From the NCBI GenBank assembly GCA_050954865.1, contig JBPBQN010000160.1, positions 695 through 64,694 on the forward strand: a DNA stretch of 64,000 bases. Direction: 5' to 3'. Both the position numbers and the translations under genes were made by a program. Below are positions 35,668-44,408 of the stretch, in pieces. The stretch's first letter is position 1. The number at the start of each line of letters is the position of its first letter. The stretch is from Janthinobacterium lividum (GTDB lineage Bacteria > Bacteroidota > Bacteroidia > Sphingobacteriales > Sphingobacteriaceae). A model generated the notes under the pieces. It worked only from the letters and a program-made list of their open reading frames with translations. It had not been told where the DNA came from and did no database searches.

Positions 35668-35749
35668 TGTCATCCTGAACTTGTTTCAGAATCTCTCGTG
35701 AAAAGCAGTAACCTTGCTTGTGAACTGCCAAAACAAGTTCGGCCTGACA
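35668..35749. mobile_element. MITE-like hairpin element, family 2 (GTCATCCTGAACTTGTTTCAG type)
   Basis: tgtcatcctgaacttgtttcagaatctc ... ccaaaacaagttcggcctgaca. The termini are inverted and include gaacttgttt / aaacaagttc. Confidence 0.6.
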
Positions 35750-35756
35750 AACGCAA

Positions 35757-35801
35757 ATGCTTCTTTTATCGCCCTAAATTTAGGCTGATAAAAGAAGCAT
35801 T
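35757..35801. repeat. 25-mer family, head-to-head palindromic pair
   Basis: aatgcttcttttatcgccctaaatttaggctgataaaagaagcat. Confidence 0.8.
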
Positions 35802-35822
35802 TGTGTTTGAATAAGCTTTATT

Positions 35823-35867
35823 TTTTGGGTTGAAGTAACAGCATACTTCTTTTATCAGCATAAAATC
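35823..35867. repeat. 25-mer family, degenerate pair
   Basis: ttttgggttgaagtaacagcat overlapping gcatacttcttttatcagcataaaatc. Confidence 0.5.
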
Positions 35868-35921
35868 AATCTACTCTAAACTTATACTATCTTCTGTTTG
35901 TCTCCAATATTTAAGGCATTT

Positions 35922-36009
35922 TGTCATTTCGACCGAAGGGGAGAAATCTTAATCAAAGCGTTTGATCAATAGGATTTGAATAGGAGTCCTCCCTTTGGTC
36001 GAAATGACA
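35922..36009. mobile_element. MITE-like hairpin element, family 1
   Basis: tgtcatttcgaccgaaggggagaaatctta ... ggagtcctccctttggtcgaaatgaca. Confidence 0.7.
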
Positions 36010-36033
36010 AAAAATTAAAGTTTCAAACTAAGT

Positions 36034-37323
36034 TTATGCTTTTGCTATTTCCGGCGCATTGATTTCATCCAAACGCATTGGCACTAATTTTTTGGTTTTG
36101 AGGAAGGTTGTCAATACTACAACCAGCGTCATCGTTCCGCCAAAAATTACGGAAGTTACGGTTCCCATCAATCGTGCGGTAACACCAGATTCAAAGGCTC
36201 CAATTTCGTTGGAAGAACCGATAAACATGGAATTTACAGCAGAGACCCGGCCGCGCATTTGATCTGGCGTGAGTAATTGCATGATGGTAGAACGGATTAA
36301 AACGCTGATACTATCAAACGCACCTAAAGTAAACAAGAAGAAAAGCGACAGGTAAAAGTTTTTGGATAATCCGAAGCAAATAATCGAAATGCCAAAACCA
36401 ATTACGGCAATCAGCAGGTTTCTCCAGGGTTTTCCCATGGGCGAAAAACGCGTCATGGCCAGCATCGTTAAAACTGCTCCAACGGAATCGGCAGCGCGCA
36501 TCAACCCAAAACCTTCTGCGCCTACTTTTAAAATATCGTTGGCAAAAATCGGCAATAAAGCAACGGCTCCGCCAAAAAATACGGAGAATAAATCCAGACT
36601 CAAAGCTCCTAAAAGCATCCGGTTTCCAAATACAAAGCTGATACCTTCGGATAGACTTTTGTAAATGCTTTCTTTCGGTACAAATTCGGCTTCGTGTTTA
36701 TTTAAAGTGATGATCGCAATGATGGCAGTTGTAATAAAAACGACTACCAGCGTAAACGTGACTGAAATTCCCAGCCGATCAAAAATTAAACCGCCGGCCA
36801 GCGGACCCAAAACCGAAGCGGTTTGATAAGCAGAACTGTTCCAAGTAGATGAATTTGGGTACAATTCGCGCGGGATTATTCTCGTCATGACAGAAAAAGC
36901 AGTTGGTCCGTAAAAACCACGCGCCAAGCCGATGAAAAATATCATTACATAAAGTACAACTACAATATGGCTGCTGCTTAAATATTGAGTTGTGGCCGGT
37001 AAAGTAACCAGCAACATAACGGTTGAACAAATCCACATTACCGAAAAAATGAGTAACAACAAGCTCTTTTTTTCTGATTTATCGGCTACGTAACCTCCGT
37101 ACAAAGCGATTCCGATGGAAGGAATAGCTTCAGTTAAACCAATCATACCTAAAGCTAAAGCACTGTGTGTAAGCTGGTAAATGTGATAGCCAATAATTAC
37201 GGCCTGCATCTGATAAGCAAATGTGAGGAAAAAACGCATGGCCAGATAAGACCGGAACTCCTTGAAACGGAGTGATGCAAATGGATCAGTTTTTTTTATA
37301 GGTTGAGGATCTTCGTCGGACAC
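36034..37323 (-). CDS. MFS transporter
   Basis: 429 aa with about 12 hydrophobic segments. Apparent GTG start. Confidence 0.8.
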   Translation of the reverse strand: MSDEDPQPIKKTDPFASLRFKEFRSYLAMRFFLTFAYQMQAVIIGYHIYQLTHSALALGMIGLTEAIPSIGIALYGGYVADKSEKKSLLLLIFSVMWICSTVMLLVTLPATTQYLSSSHIVVVLYVMIFFIGLARGFYGPTAFSVMTRIIPRELYPNSSTWNSSAYQTASVLGPLAGGLIFDRLGISVTFTLVVVFITTAIIAIITLNKHEAEFVPKESIYKSLSEGISFVFGNRMLLGALSLDLFSVFFGGAVALLPIFANDILKVGAEGFGLMRAADSVGAVLTMLAMTRFSPMGKPWRNLLIAVIGFGISIICFGLSKNFYLSLFFLFTLGAFDSISVLIRSTIMQLLTPDQMRGRVSAVNSMFIGSSNEIGAFESGVTARLMGTVTSVIFGGTMTLVVVLTTFLKTKKLVPMRLDEINAPEIAKA

Positions 37324-37330
37324 GGATACT

Positions 37331-37359
37331 AAATTTTATATGCTAAAAGAAGCATGATC
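37331..37359 (+). repeat. 25-mer family copy
   Basis: aaattttatatgctaaaagaagcatgatc. Confidence 0.55.
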
Positions 37360-37377
37360 TTTTGTGAATTGTTTTGA

Positions 37378-38763
37378 TTAAAATGATAAGCCATGCTGAT
37401 CAATCAGGTAAATTAAGGAAGCTATGGATGCTGCACCAAGTTCCAGTTCGCGTTTGTTAACGTTTTCAAAAACATCTTTTGCAGTATGGTGCAAATCAAA
37501 ATAACGCTGCGAATCCGGGCGGAAACCAATTAAAGTGATGTTTGGAACAGTTGCTTTTAAAGGTTCGATATCAGTTCCGGCACCGCCTTTTACCAAACGG
37601 TCAACTTCATAAGGTTCCAGTAAAGATTTCCAATTTTTGTTAATTCCTGATAAGAATGCTGGTTTTACATCACTAAAAGAAAAGCCGCGCGGCGTAAATC
37701 CGCCTTCATCTGATTCGATAGCGGCTATATGTTTTTCGTTACTTTTTTGGGCGAGTTCTGCGTATTTCAAGCCGCCTTTGTGTCCGTTTTCTTCATTCAT
37801 AAACATTACGGCACGTATAGAATGTTTGGGTCGATAATTTAAAGCTTTAAAAATCCGCAATACTTCTACTGATTGCATTACGCCGGTTCCGTCATCGTGC
37901 GCACCTTCCGCCAAATCCCAAGAATCTAAATGGCCGCCAATGGTAATAAATTCATTCGGGTTTTCGGTTCCTTTTAATTCGCCTACCACATTATAAGATT
38001 TCACATCCGGCAATGTTTCACAATTTTGCTTGAGATAGAATTGTACATTTTTTTGCTGCTTCAAAATTGCACTCAGCTGATTTGCTCCTTTGGTGGAGAT
38101 GGCTGCTGCCGGAATTTTATTTCCACCTTCATCATATTGTGTGGCACCAGTATGCGGATAATCATCCAGAATTTCCGTCATCGAACGCACAATTACGCCA
38201 ACTGCGCCATATTTAGCCGCTTCTGCCGGACCGCGAAAACGCTGATCGCTTGCTGTGCCGTAAGCAGCACCGGTTTCAATAAAACGCGGATCAAACGGAC
38301 GATTATAGAAAACGATTTTGCCCTTGATAGCAGATTCGCCCAAAGTTTTCAATTCTTGCAAACTTTGTACTTCAATTACGCTGGCTGTTAAACCATTTTT
38401 TGCCGTACCGATTGATCCGCCCAAAGCCACAACCGGAACCGAAACTTGCTGATTGCCTGACACTATTTTTGCCTGCTCTTTTTCACCCCGAACCCAATGC
38501 GGAACCATAACTTCCTGCAAAAACACACGATCAAAACCGTATTGTTCCATCAGCTTTTTTGTCCAGTCCACTGCTTTTTGTGCATTGGCGGAACCGCTTA
38601 AACGCGGACCGATTTTTTTGCACAAATATTCTAGGTTTTGGTACGGCTTTCCGTTCACCAAAGCTTCATCATAAATTTTTCTTAGATATAAAGAATCGTT
38701 ATTTTGAGCGGAAACAGCTAAAGAACTGCACAATAAAACAGAGAGTAAAAATTTCAACTTCAT
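37378..38763 (-). CDS. M28-family aminopeptidase (secreted)
   Basis: Start preferred at MKLKFLLSVLLCSSLAVSAQ (signal peptide). Zn ligand contexts GGHLDSWD, GAHDDGTG and FMNEENG. Confidence 0.8.
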   Translation of the reverse strand: MKLKFLLSVLLCSSLAVSAQNNDSLYLRKIYDEALVNGKPYQNLEYLCKKIGPRLSGSANAQKAVDWTKKLMEQYGFDRVFLQEVMVPHWVRGEKEQAKIVSGNQQVSVPVVALGGSIGTAKNGLTASVIEVQSLQELKTLGESAIKGKIVFYNRPFDPRFIETGAAYGTASDQRFRGPAEAAKYGAVGVIVRSMTEILDDYPHTGATQYDEGGNKIPAAAISTKGANQLSAILKQQKNVQFYLKQNCETLPDVKSYNVVGELKGTENPNEFITIGGHLDSWDLAEGAHDDGTGVMQSVEVLRIFKALNYRPKHSIRAVMFMNEENGHKGGLKYAELAQKSNEKHIAAIESDEGGFTPRGFSFSDVKPAFLSGINKNWKSLLEPYEVDRLVKGGAGTDIEPLKATVPNITLIGFRPDSQRYFDLHHTAKDVFENVNKRELELGAASIASLIYLIDQHGLSF

Positions 38764-38814
38764 AAAAAGAGCTTTAACAGCAAAGTACAAATTTATCAGG
38801 TTTTTTGCAATACA

Positions 38815-40920
38815 TCAGGAGATTTTATTCCAACTTAAACCTTCATCTTTTTGCTGGAAATGCTGGTTTAAGATTAGATTTTCCGGCAGTTCCAGCTGCG
38901 GATCAGTTTTAAAAATCTGCTCCACCTCAATTCGCGCTAATTGCAGCACAGCCTGATCTTCGGTTAAACTGGCAATTTTTAAATCCAGCACGCCACTTTG
39001 CTGCTTTCCTTCAATATTTCCCGGTCCGCGCAGCTGCAAATCTATTTCAGAAATCTGGAAACCATCGTTAGTTTGCACCATCGTATCCAGCCGAATTTTA
39101 CCTTCTTTAGATAATTTCTGGCTGCTCATTAAAATACAAAAAGACTGCTCCGCTCCTCGCCCAACGCGGCCGCGCAACTGGTGCAATTGCGAAAGTCCGA
39201 AACGTTCTGCATTTTCAATAATCATCACCGAAGCGTTTGGCACATTTACGCCAACTTCAATTACTGTTGTGGCCACCATAATTTGCGTTTCGGCTTTGAT
39301 AAAACGCTCCATTTCAAAAGCTTTATCGGCAGCAGAAAGTTGTCCGTGAACGATGCTGATCCGATAATCTGGTAACGGGAACTCTCTCGACATCACTTCT
39401 ACTCCATCGTTCAAATTTTTGAGATCCAGCTTTTCGCTTTCCTTGATCAGTGGATAAACAATGTAAACCTGCCGGCCTTTGGCAATTTCTTCTTTCATAA
39501 AACCGAACATGCGCAGGCGGCTGTTCTCATAAAAATGTTTTGTCTCGATGGGTTTTCGTCCGGCAGGCAATTCATCGATTACAGAAACATCCAGATCGCC
39601 GTACAAAGTCATGGCCAGCGTGCGCGGAATTGGCGTGGCCGTCATCACCAGAATATGCGGCGGAATGCTGTTTTTACGCCATAATTTTGCGCGTTGCTCT
39701 ACACCAAAACGATGCTGCTCATCAATCACCACAAAACCTAAATTTTTAAACTGAACTTTATCTTCAATCAAAGCGTGCGTTCCGATCAGGATTTGCAGTT
39801 TGCCGCTTTCCAAATCAGCATGAATTACGTTACGAACTTTTTTAGAAGTTGAACCGGTTAGCAAAGCAACTTGCACAAACTCATCACCCAAAAGCTGTTT
39901 TACAGATTGAAAATGCTGGTTGGCCAAAATTTCTGTTGGAGCCATCATGCAGGTTTGAAAACCGTTATCAATCGCCAACAAAATACTCATTAACGCTACA
40001 ACCGTTTTGCCACTGCCCACATCGCCTTGCAATAAACGGTTCATTTGGATACCTTTTTGCGTATCCAGCCGGATTTCTTTTACTGTTCTTTTTTGGGCGG
40101 AAGTGAGTGGAAATGGCAATTTTTTGTTGTAAAACTCGTTGAAATAAGCGCCGACTTTACCAAAAGTATTTCCTTTAAACTTGTGCTCGCGGAACAGTTT
40201 ATTTTTGAGTAATTTAAGTTGAAGGAAAAAAAACTCTTCAAACTTTAAACGCTTGGATGCTTCTTTTAGCTGCTCAAAATTATCCGGAAAATGAATTTGC
40301 TGGTAAGCTTTAGTCCGATTGATTAAATGATGTTTTGCAAGCAAATTTTCCGGCAGATTTTCAGTAATCATACGGCCGTATTGTTCCAGCAAAGCCAAAA
40401 CTAACTTTTGGATTCCTTTAGAATCGAGCAAAAACTTTTTTAATTTTTCGGTGGAAGTATAAGCAGGCTGCAAAGCTAGACTTCCTTTATTTTGTGCCGG
40501 ATTAGGACTGTAAGGTTCAGTTTCCGGATGCACAATTTGTGGTTTATTGTTGAAAATGCCAGGTTTTCCAAAAAAAACATAAACTTTTCCAACAATCAGG
40601 CTTTGTTCAATACGTGTAATGCCTTGAAACCAGACAAGTTCTATCGGACCGGTTTCGTCTTGTGCAACGGCAACCAAACGTTTGGCGGCTTTTTCGCCAA
40701 CAACTTCCTTATGCGTTAACCGCGCCAAAACCTGCACATAAGGTAAATCTGACGATACTTCTTTTACCTTATAAAAACGGGTGCGATCAATGTATTTATA
40801 GGGAAAATGCTGCAACAAATCGCCGTAAGTGGCAATGCCGATTTCTTTTTTCAAAGCATCGGCCCTGACTGTGCCCACACCTTTTAAATACTCAATTGGC
40901 GTTTGAAAAAATTCGTCCAA
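38815..40920 (-). CDS. recG: ATP-dependent DNA helicase RecG
   Basis: 701 aa. Wedge domain, GDVGSGKT, VIDEQHRFG and QLRGRVGRG. Confidence 0.95.
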   Translation of the reverse strand: MDEFFQTPIEYLKGVGTVRADALKKEIGIATYGDLLQHFPYKYIDRTRFYKVKEVSSDLPYVQVLARLTHKEVVGEKAAKRLVAVAQDETGPIELVWFQGITRIEQSLIVGKVYVFFGKPGIFNNKPQIVHPETEPYSPNPAQNKGSLALQPAYTSTEKLKKFLLDSKGIQKLVLALLEQYGRMITENLPENLLAKHHLINRTKAYQQIHFPDNFEQLKEASKRLKFEEFFFLQLKLLKNKLFREHKFKGNTFGKVGAYFNEFYNKKLPFPLTSAQKRTVKEIRLDTQKGIQMNRLLQGDVGSGKTVVALMSILLAIDNGFQTCMMAPTEILANQHFQSVKQLLGDEFVQVALLTGSTSKKVRNVIHADLESGKLQILIGTHALIEDKVQFKNLGFVVIDEQHRFGVEQRAKLWRKNSIPPHILVMTATPIPRTLAMTLYGDLDVSVIDELPAGRKPIETKHFYENSRLRMFGFMKEEIAKGRQVYIVYPLIKESEKLDLKNLNDGVEVMSREFPLPDYRISIVHGQLSAADKAFEMERFIKAETQIMVATTVIEVGVNVPNASVMIIENAERFGLSQLHQLRGRVGRGAEQSFCILMSSQKLSKEGKIRLDTMVQTNDGFQISEIDLQLRGPGNIEGKQQSGVLDLKIASLTEDQAVLQLARIEVEQIFKTDPQLELPENLILNQHFQQKDEGLSWNKIS

Positions 40921-40946
40921 ATAAAAATCAGTTTAAAACGAGCTTG

Positions 40947-40971
40947 AATTTATACCGGTAAAAACAGTATG
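40947..40971 (+). repeat. 25-mer family copy (AACAGTAT subfamily)
   Basis: aatttataccggtaaaaacagtatg. The first 24 nt are identical to the copy at 44375. Confidence 0.75.
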
Positions 40972-40977
40972 TATAAA

Positions 40978-41358
40978 TTATGATTTAATTGCAATTGCAG
41001 AGATTTCCACATTTACGTTTTTAGGCAAAACAGAAACTTCCACGGTTTCTCTGGCCGGAAAATCTTTGCTGAAGTAAGAACCATAAATCTCGTTTACCAA
41101 AGCAAAATTATTCATGTCTGATAAAAAAATAGTGGTTTTTACAATATGATTAAATGTTAATCCGGCTTCCGTTAAAATCGCTTTTAAGTTTTTTAAAACG
41201 GTATGCGTTTCATTAGTAATATCGTCTGTGTTGAGGTTTCCGGTTGCCGCGTCTATGGCAATTTGTCCGGAAATAAACAGGAATCCACCTGCGGCAACAG
41301 CTTGATTATATGGGCCAATTGGTTGCGGTGCTTCTTTTGTGTTGATAATTTCTTTCAT
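40978..41358 (-). CDS. ridA: RidA/YjgF-family reactive-intermediate deaminase
   Basis: 126 aa. PIGPYNQAV, GQIAIDAATG and PARETVEVSVLP. Confidence 0.9.
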   Translation of the reverse strand: MKEIINTKEAPQPIGPYNQAVAAGGFLFISGQIAIDAATGNLNTDDITNETHTVLKNLKAILTEAGLTFNHIVKTTIFLSDMNNFALVNEIYGSYFSKDFPARETVEVSVLPKNVNVEISAIAIKS

Positions 41359-41498
41359 CGTTTTAGTATAAACCAGTCAATTAATTTCCAGATAATTCCC
41401 AGCAAAAAAATCACAATTGCGGTTTTATTGATGAAATGCATCGCCCGGATGTTGAAATTATCAGGCTGGCTTTTATCTTTTTTTCTGAAAAAGTACAT
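41355..41498 (-). CDS. 47-aa small membrane protein, translationally coupled to ridA
   Basis: Not in the ORF track. Sequence MYFFRKKDKSQPDNFNIRAMHFINKTAIVIFLLGIIWKLIDWFILKR, with one clear TM helix. Its TGA overlaps the ridA ATG (ATGA). It begins just downstream of the ompA-family terminator. Confidence 0.5.
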   Translation of the reverse strand: MYFFRKKDKSQPDNFNIRAMHFINKTAIVIFLLGIIWKLIDWFILKR

Positions 41499-41504
41499 GG
41501 TGCA

Positions 41505-41541
41505 AATATAAAAAAAGGGGTTCAGAAAAAATCTGAACCCC
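41505..41541 (-). terminator. intrinsic terminator after the ompA-family gene
   Basis: ggggttcaga-aaaaa-tctgaacccc (10 bp). On the minus strand it is followed by tttttttatat. Confidence 0.85.
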
Positions 41542-41565
41542 TTATATATGAATTACTTTTATTAA

Positions 41566-42936
41566 TTACATACCAGCTTTCAACTCAACACGACGGTTTA
41601 ATACACGTCCTTGTTCGGTTGAGTTATCAGCAACCGGATTAGTTTCTCCGTTAGCTTTCACTTTCAAACGTTTAGCATCAACACCAGAGTTAACCAGGTA
41701 AGTTTTTACGGAGTTTGCTCTGTCTTTAGATAAACGCATGTTGTGTGCAGTAGAACCCTCAGATGAAGCATAACCATCTATCTCAAAAGTTGAAGTTGTA
41801 TTGCTTCTTAAATCTGCAGATAATTTATCTAATGTTGGATAAGCAGAAGTTCTCAATACTGAACTGTCAAACTCAAACTGGATGTTAGAATAAGTGCCGT
41901 TAGAAGCTGTTGCCATTGTAGTATCTGGTTTAGGGAACTTGATTTCGCAACCAGAACCATCAACAACAGTACCAGCAGGTGTACCAGGACATTTATCAAA
42001 TTGATCAGAAACACCATCACCGTCAGAATCTTTCTTCAAATCATCAACTGATTTTTCTACGTTAGAAACACGGCCTTTTAATGCTTCAACTTCTTCACGT
42101 AAGGTTGGGTCTTTCAACTCATCATACATTAAAGCCAATGGATTTACCCAATCCAAATTTGGTTTGGAAGCTTTACCTAAAGTAAACTCTAAGCCACCGT
42201 AACCGTAAGAGAATTTATCTTTTGTTGGATAATTAACGTTAGCTCCATCAAAGTTATCTCCATCAACAAAATTGGCTGTATAGCCTAAATTAAACGCGAT
42301 AACTTCTGACAGTTTGAATTTTACGCCAACACCAACCGGAATAACCAGTTCATGCACGTATTTATTATCGTGATTAGAACCAGCGATACCTTTATAATCG
42401 ACAACCTGCCCGCTTGCTAAAACAACTTTGGGTGCATAAGCAGCATAACCGCCACCACCGGTTACAAAGAAATTAACTGAATTTTTTCTACGGATAAAGT
42501 CAACAGTTGCAACATTAACTACACCCATTAAATTTGCATAATAAGCTAAATCAGTTTTAAATGACTGATAGCCATCTTTTACACCGTTAACAGCACCTGA
42601 ACGATTTCTGCTATTATCTCCTGATACAGTACCGCGCATTACATTCAGCTGCAAGCCAAATGCATGGCCTAACTGTTCTCTAAAAGAGATACCGTAGCCA
42701 AGCTCATAATTGCTTTTACTGAAATCATTAACACCAAAAGGAATATTAGGTGCCAATACGCCTGCATTTGCTCCAATGCTAAAGGTTTTGTACTGCCCTC
42801 TGCCACCAAATACTTTGGCGGAACCAGGAGCAACAGTTGTAGTCGAATCTTTTGAGGTTTGTGCATGGGCGGCAACAACACTCATCAGGGAGGCAATCGA
42901 CAGAACAACCGTTTTCTTTAAGGTAGAATAACTCAT
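41566..42936 (-). CDS. OmpA-family outer-membrane protein with thrombospondin type-3 repeats
   Basis: 456 aa. Signal peptide, beta-barrel-like N-terminal half, DSDGDGVSDQFDKCPGTP calcium-binding repeat, and a C-terminal OmpA domain (NRRVEL). Confidence 0.9.
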   Translation of the reverse strand: MSYSTLKKTVVLSIASLMSVVAAHAQTSKDSTTTVAPGSAKVFGGRGQYKTFSIGANAGVLAPNIPFGVNDFSKSNYELGYGISFREQLGHAFGLQLNVMRGTVSGDNSRNRSGAVNGVKDGYQSFKTDLAYYANLMGVVNVATVDFIRRKNSVNFFVTGGGGYAAYAPKVVLASGQVVDYKGIAGSNHDNKYVHELVIPVGVGVKFKLSEVIAFNLGYTANFVDGDNFDGANVNYPTKDKFSYGYGGLEFTLGKASKPNLDWVNPLALMYDELKDPTLREEVEALKGRVSNVEKSVDDLKKDSDGDGVSDQFDKCPGTPAGTVVDGSGCEIKFPKPDTTMATASNGTYSNIQFEFDSSVLRTSAYPTLDKLSADLRSNTTSTFEIDGYASSEGSTAHNMRLSKDRANSVKTYLVNSGVDAKRLKVKANGETNPVADNSTEQGRVLNRRVELKAGM

Positions 42937-42973
42937 AATTTTAAGATTAACGATTTTAATTGTGATTTTTTTT

Positions 42974-42981
42974 CAAAAATA
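42974..42981 (-). promoter_or_regulatory. -7 box for the ompA-family gene
   Basis: Minus strand TATTTTTG, about 37 nt upstream of ATG 42936. Confidence 0.35.
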
Positions 42982-43086
42982 GTTATTATGTTTGATTCGT
43001 TGTACCAAACTCCATTCCATTTTATATTTTATTTTCCTGAATAAATATATAAATTTTTAACACAAGATATAAATTATTGTTTTTTA

Positions 43087-44376
43087 ATGAAATATAACCA
43101 GATTGCTAATGAAGTGTTTTCTACGAACAGAACCAAATTTTGTTCAGCATTAAAGCCGAAATCATTAGTCTTGATTAATTCTAATGATGAATTTCCCAGA
43201 AGCGGCGATCAAAATCATGTTTTCAAGCAAAACGCAGATTTGTTTTATTTAAGCGGAATAGATCAGGAACAAACAATCTTATTATTATTTCCGGATTGTC
43301 CGAACCCTTTGTATCAGGAAGTTCTGTTTTTAAGACAAACCAGCGAACACATTGCTGTTTGGGAAGGACACAAATACACGCGTGAAGAAGCGGAAAAAGC
43401 CTCCGGCATTAAAAAAATTTACTGGTTGCAGGAGTTTGACGCAATTTTATCTGCTGTGATATTTTATGCAGAAAACATTTACCTCAACACCAATGAAAAC
43501 GACCGCTACGCACATTCGGTTTCTTACCGCGATTTGCGTTTTATCCAACAGTTAAAAGAGAAATATCCTTTACATCAATATTTAAGGGCTGCGCCGATTT
43601 TCAGAGATTTGCGCGCCTTAAAATCCTCCGCAGAGATAGAACTGATCAGCAAAGCCTGTCAGCTTACCAACGATGCTTTTTTTAGGGTACTAAAATTTGT
43701 AAAACCCGGCGTTGGCGAGTACGAGATTGAAGCTGAAATTATCCACGAATTTATCCGGCAACGAGGAACCGGCCATGCTTACAATCCGATTATTGCTTCG
43801 GGCAACAACGCAAACATTCTGCATTATAATGACAACAACCAGATTTGTAAAGACGGCGATGTGATTTTGATGGATTTTGGTGCTGAATATGCGAATTACA
43901 ATGCAGATATGACGCGCTCGATTCCGGTTAACGGTCGTTTTACACCTCGACAGAAAGCGGTTTATAACGCAGTTTTGAAAGTTTTGAAGGAATCAATACA
44001 ACTTTTAAAACCAGGTGTGATGTGGAATGCTTATCACGAAGAAGTGGGCAAAATCATGACTTCGGAACTGATTAATTTAGGTTTGCTTAACAAACACGAG
44101 GTTGAAAACCAAAATCCGGATATGCCGCTTTACAAAAAGTATTTTATGCACGGCAACTCGCACCATTTAGGTTTGGATGTGCATGATTTTGCTGGAAGAT
44201 ATACACCTTTTGCTGCCGGAAATGTACTGACAGTAGAACCCGGCATTTATATTCCTGTTGAAGGTTTGGGTATCCGCTTGGAAAATAATATTCTGATTAC
44301 TGAAAACGGTACAATTGATTTGATGGCTGCCATTCCAATTGAAGCCGATCATATTGAAGATATTATGAATGCTTAA
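43087..44376 (+). CDS. pepP: Xaa-Pro aminopeptidase (M24B)
   Basis: 429 aa. Creatinase-like N-terminal domain, DFGAEYANYNADMTR, HGNSHHLGLDVHD and VEPGIY. Confidence 0.85.
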   Translation: MKYNQIANEVFSTNRTKFCSALKPKSLVLINSNDEFPRSGDQNHVFKQNADLFYLSGIDQEQTILLLFPDCPNPLYQEVLFLRQTSEHIAVWEGHKYTREEAEKASGIKKIYWLQEFDAILSAVIFYAENIYLNTNENDRYAHSVSYRDLRFIQQLKEKYPLHQYLRAAPIFRDLRALKSSAEIELISKACQLTNDAFFRVLKFVKPGVGEYEIEAEIIHEFIRQRGTGHAYNPIIASGNNANILHYNDNNQICKDGDVILMDFGAEYANYNADMTRSIPVNGRFTPRQKAVYNAVLKVLKESIQLLKPGVMWNAYHEEVGKIMTSELINLGLLNKHEVENQNPDMPLYKKYFMHGNSHHLGLDVHDFAGRYTPFAAGNVLTVEPGIYIPVEGLGIRLENNILITENGTIDLMAAIPIEADHIEDIMNA

Positions 44377-44399
44377 TTTATACCGGTAAAAACAGTATC
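44375..44399 (+). repeat. 25-mer family copy (AACAGTAT subfamily) overlapping the pepP stop
   Basis: aatttataccggtaaaaacagtatc. Confidence 0.75.
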
Positions 44400-44408
44400 T
44401 TCTATAAT

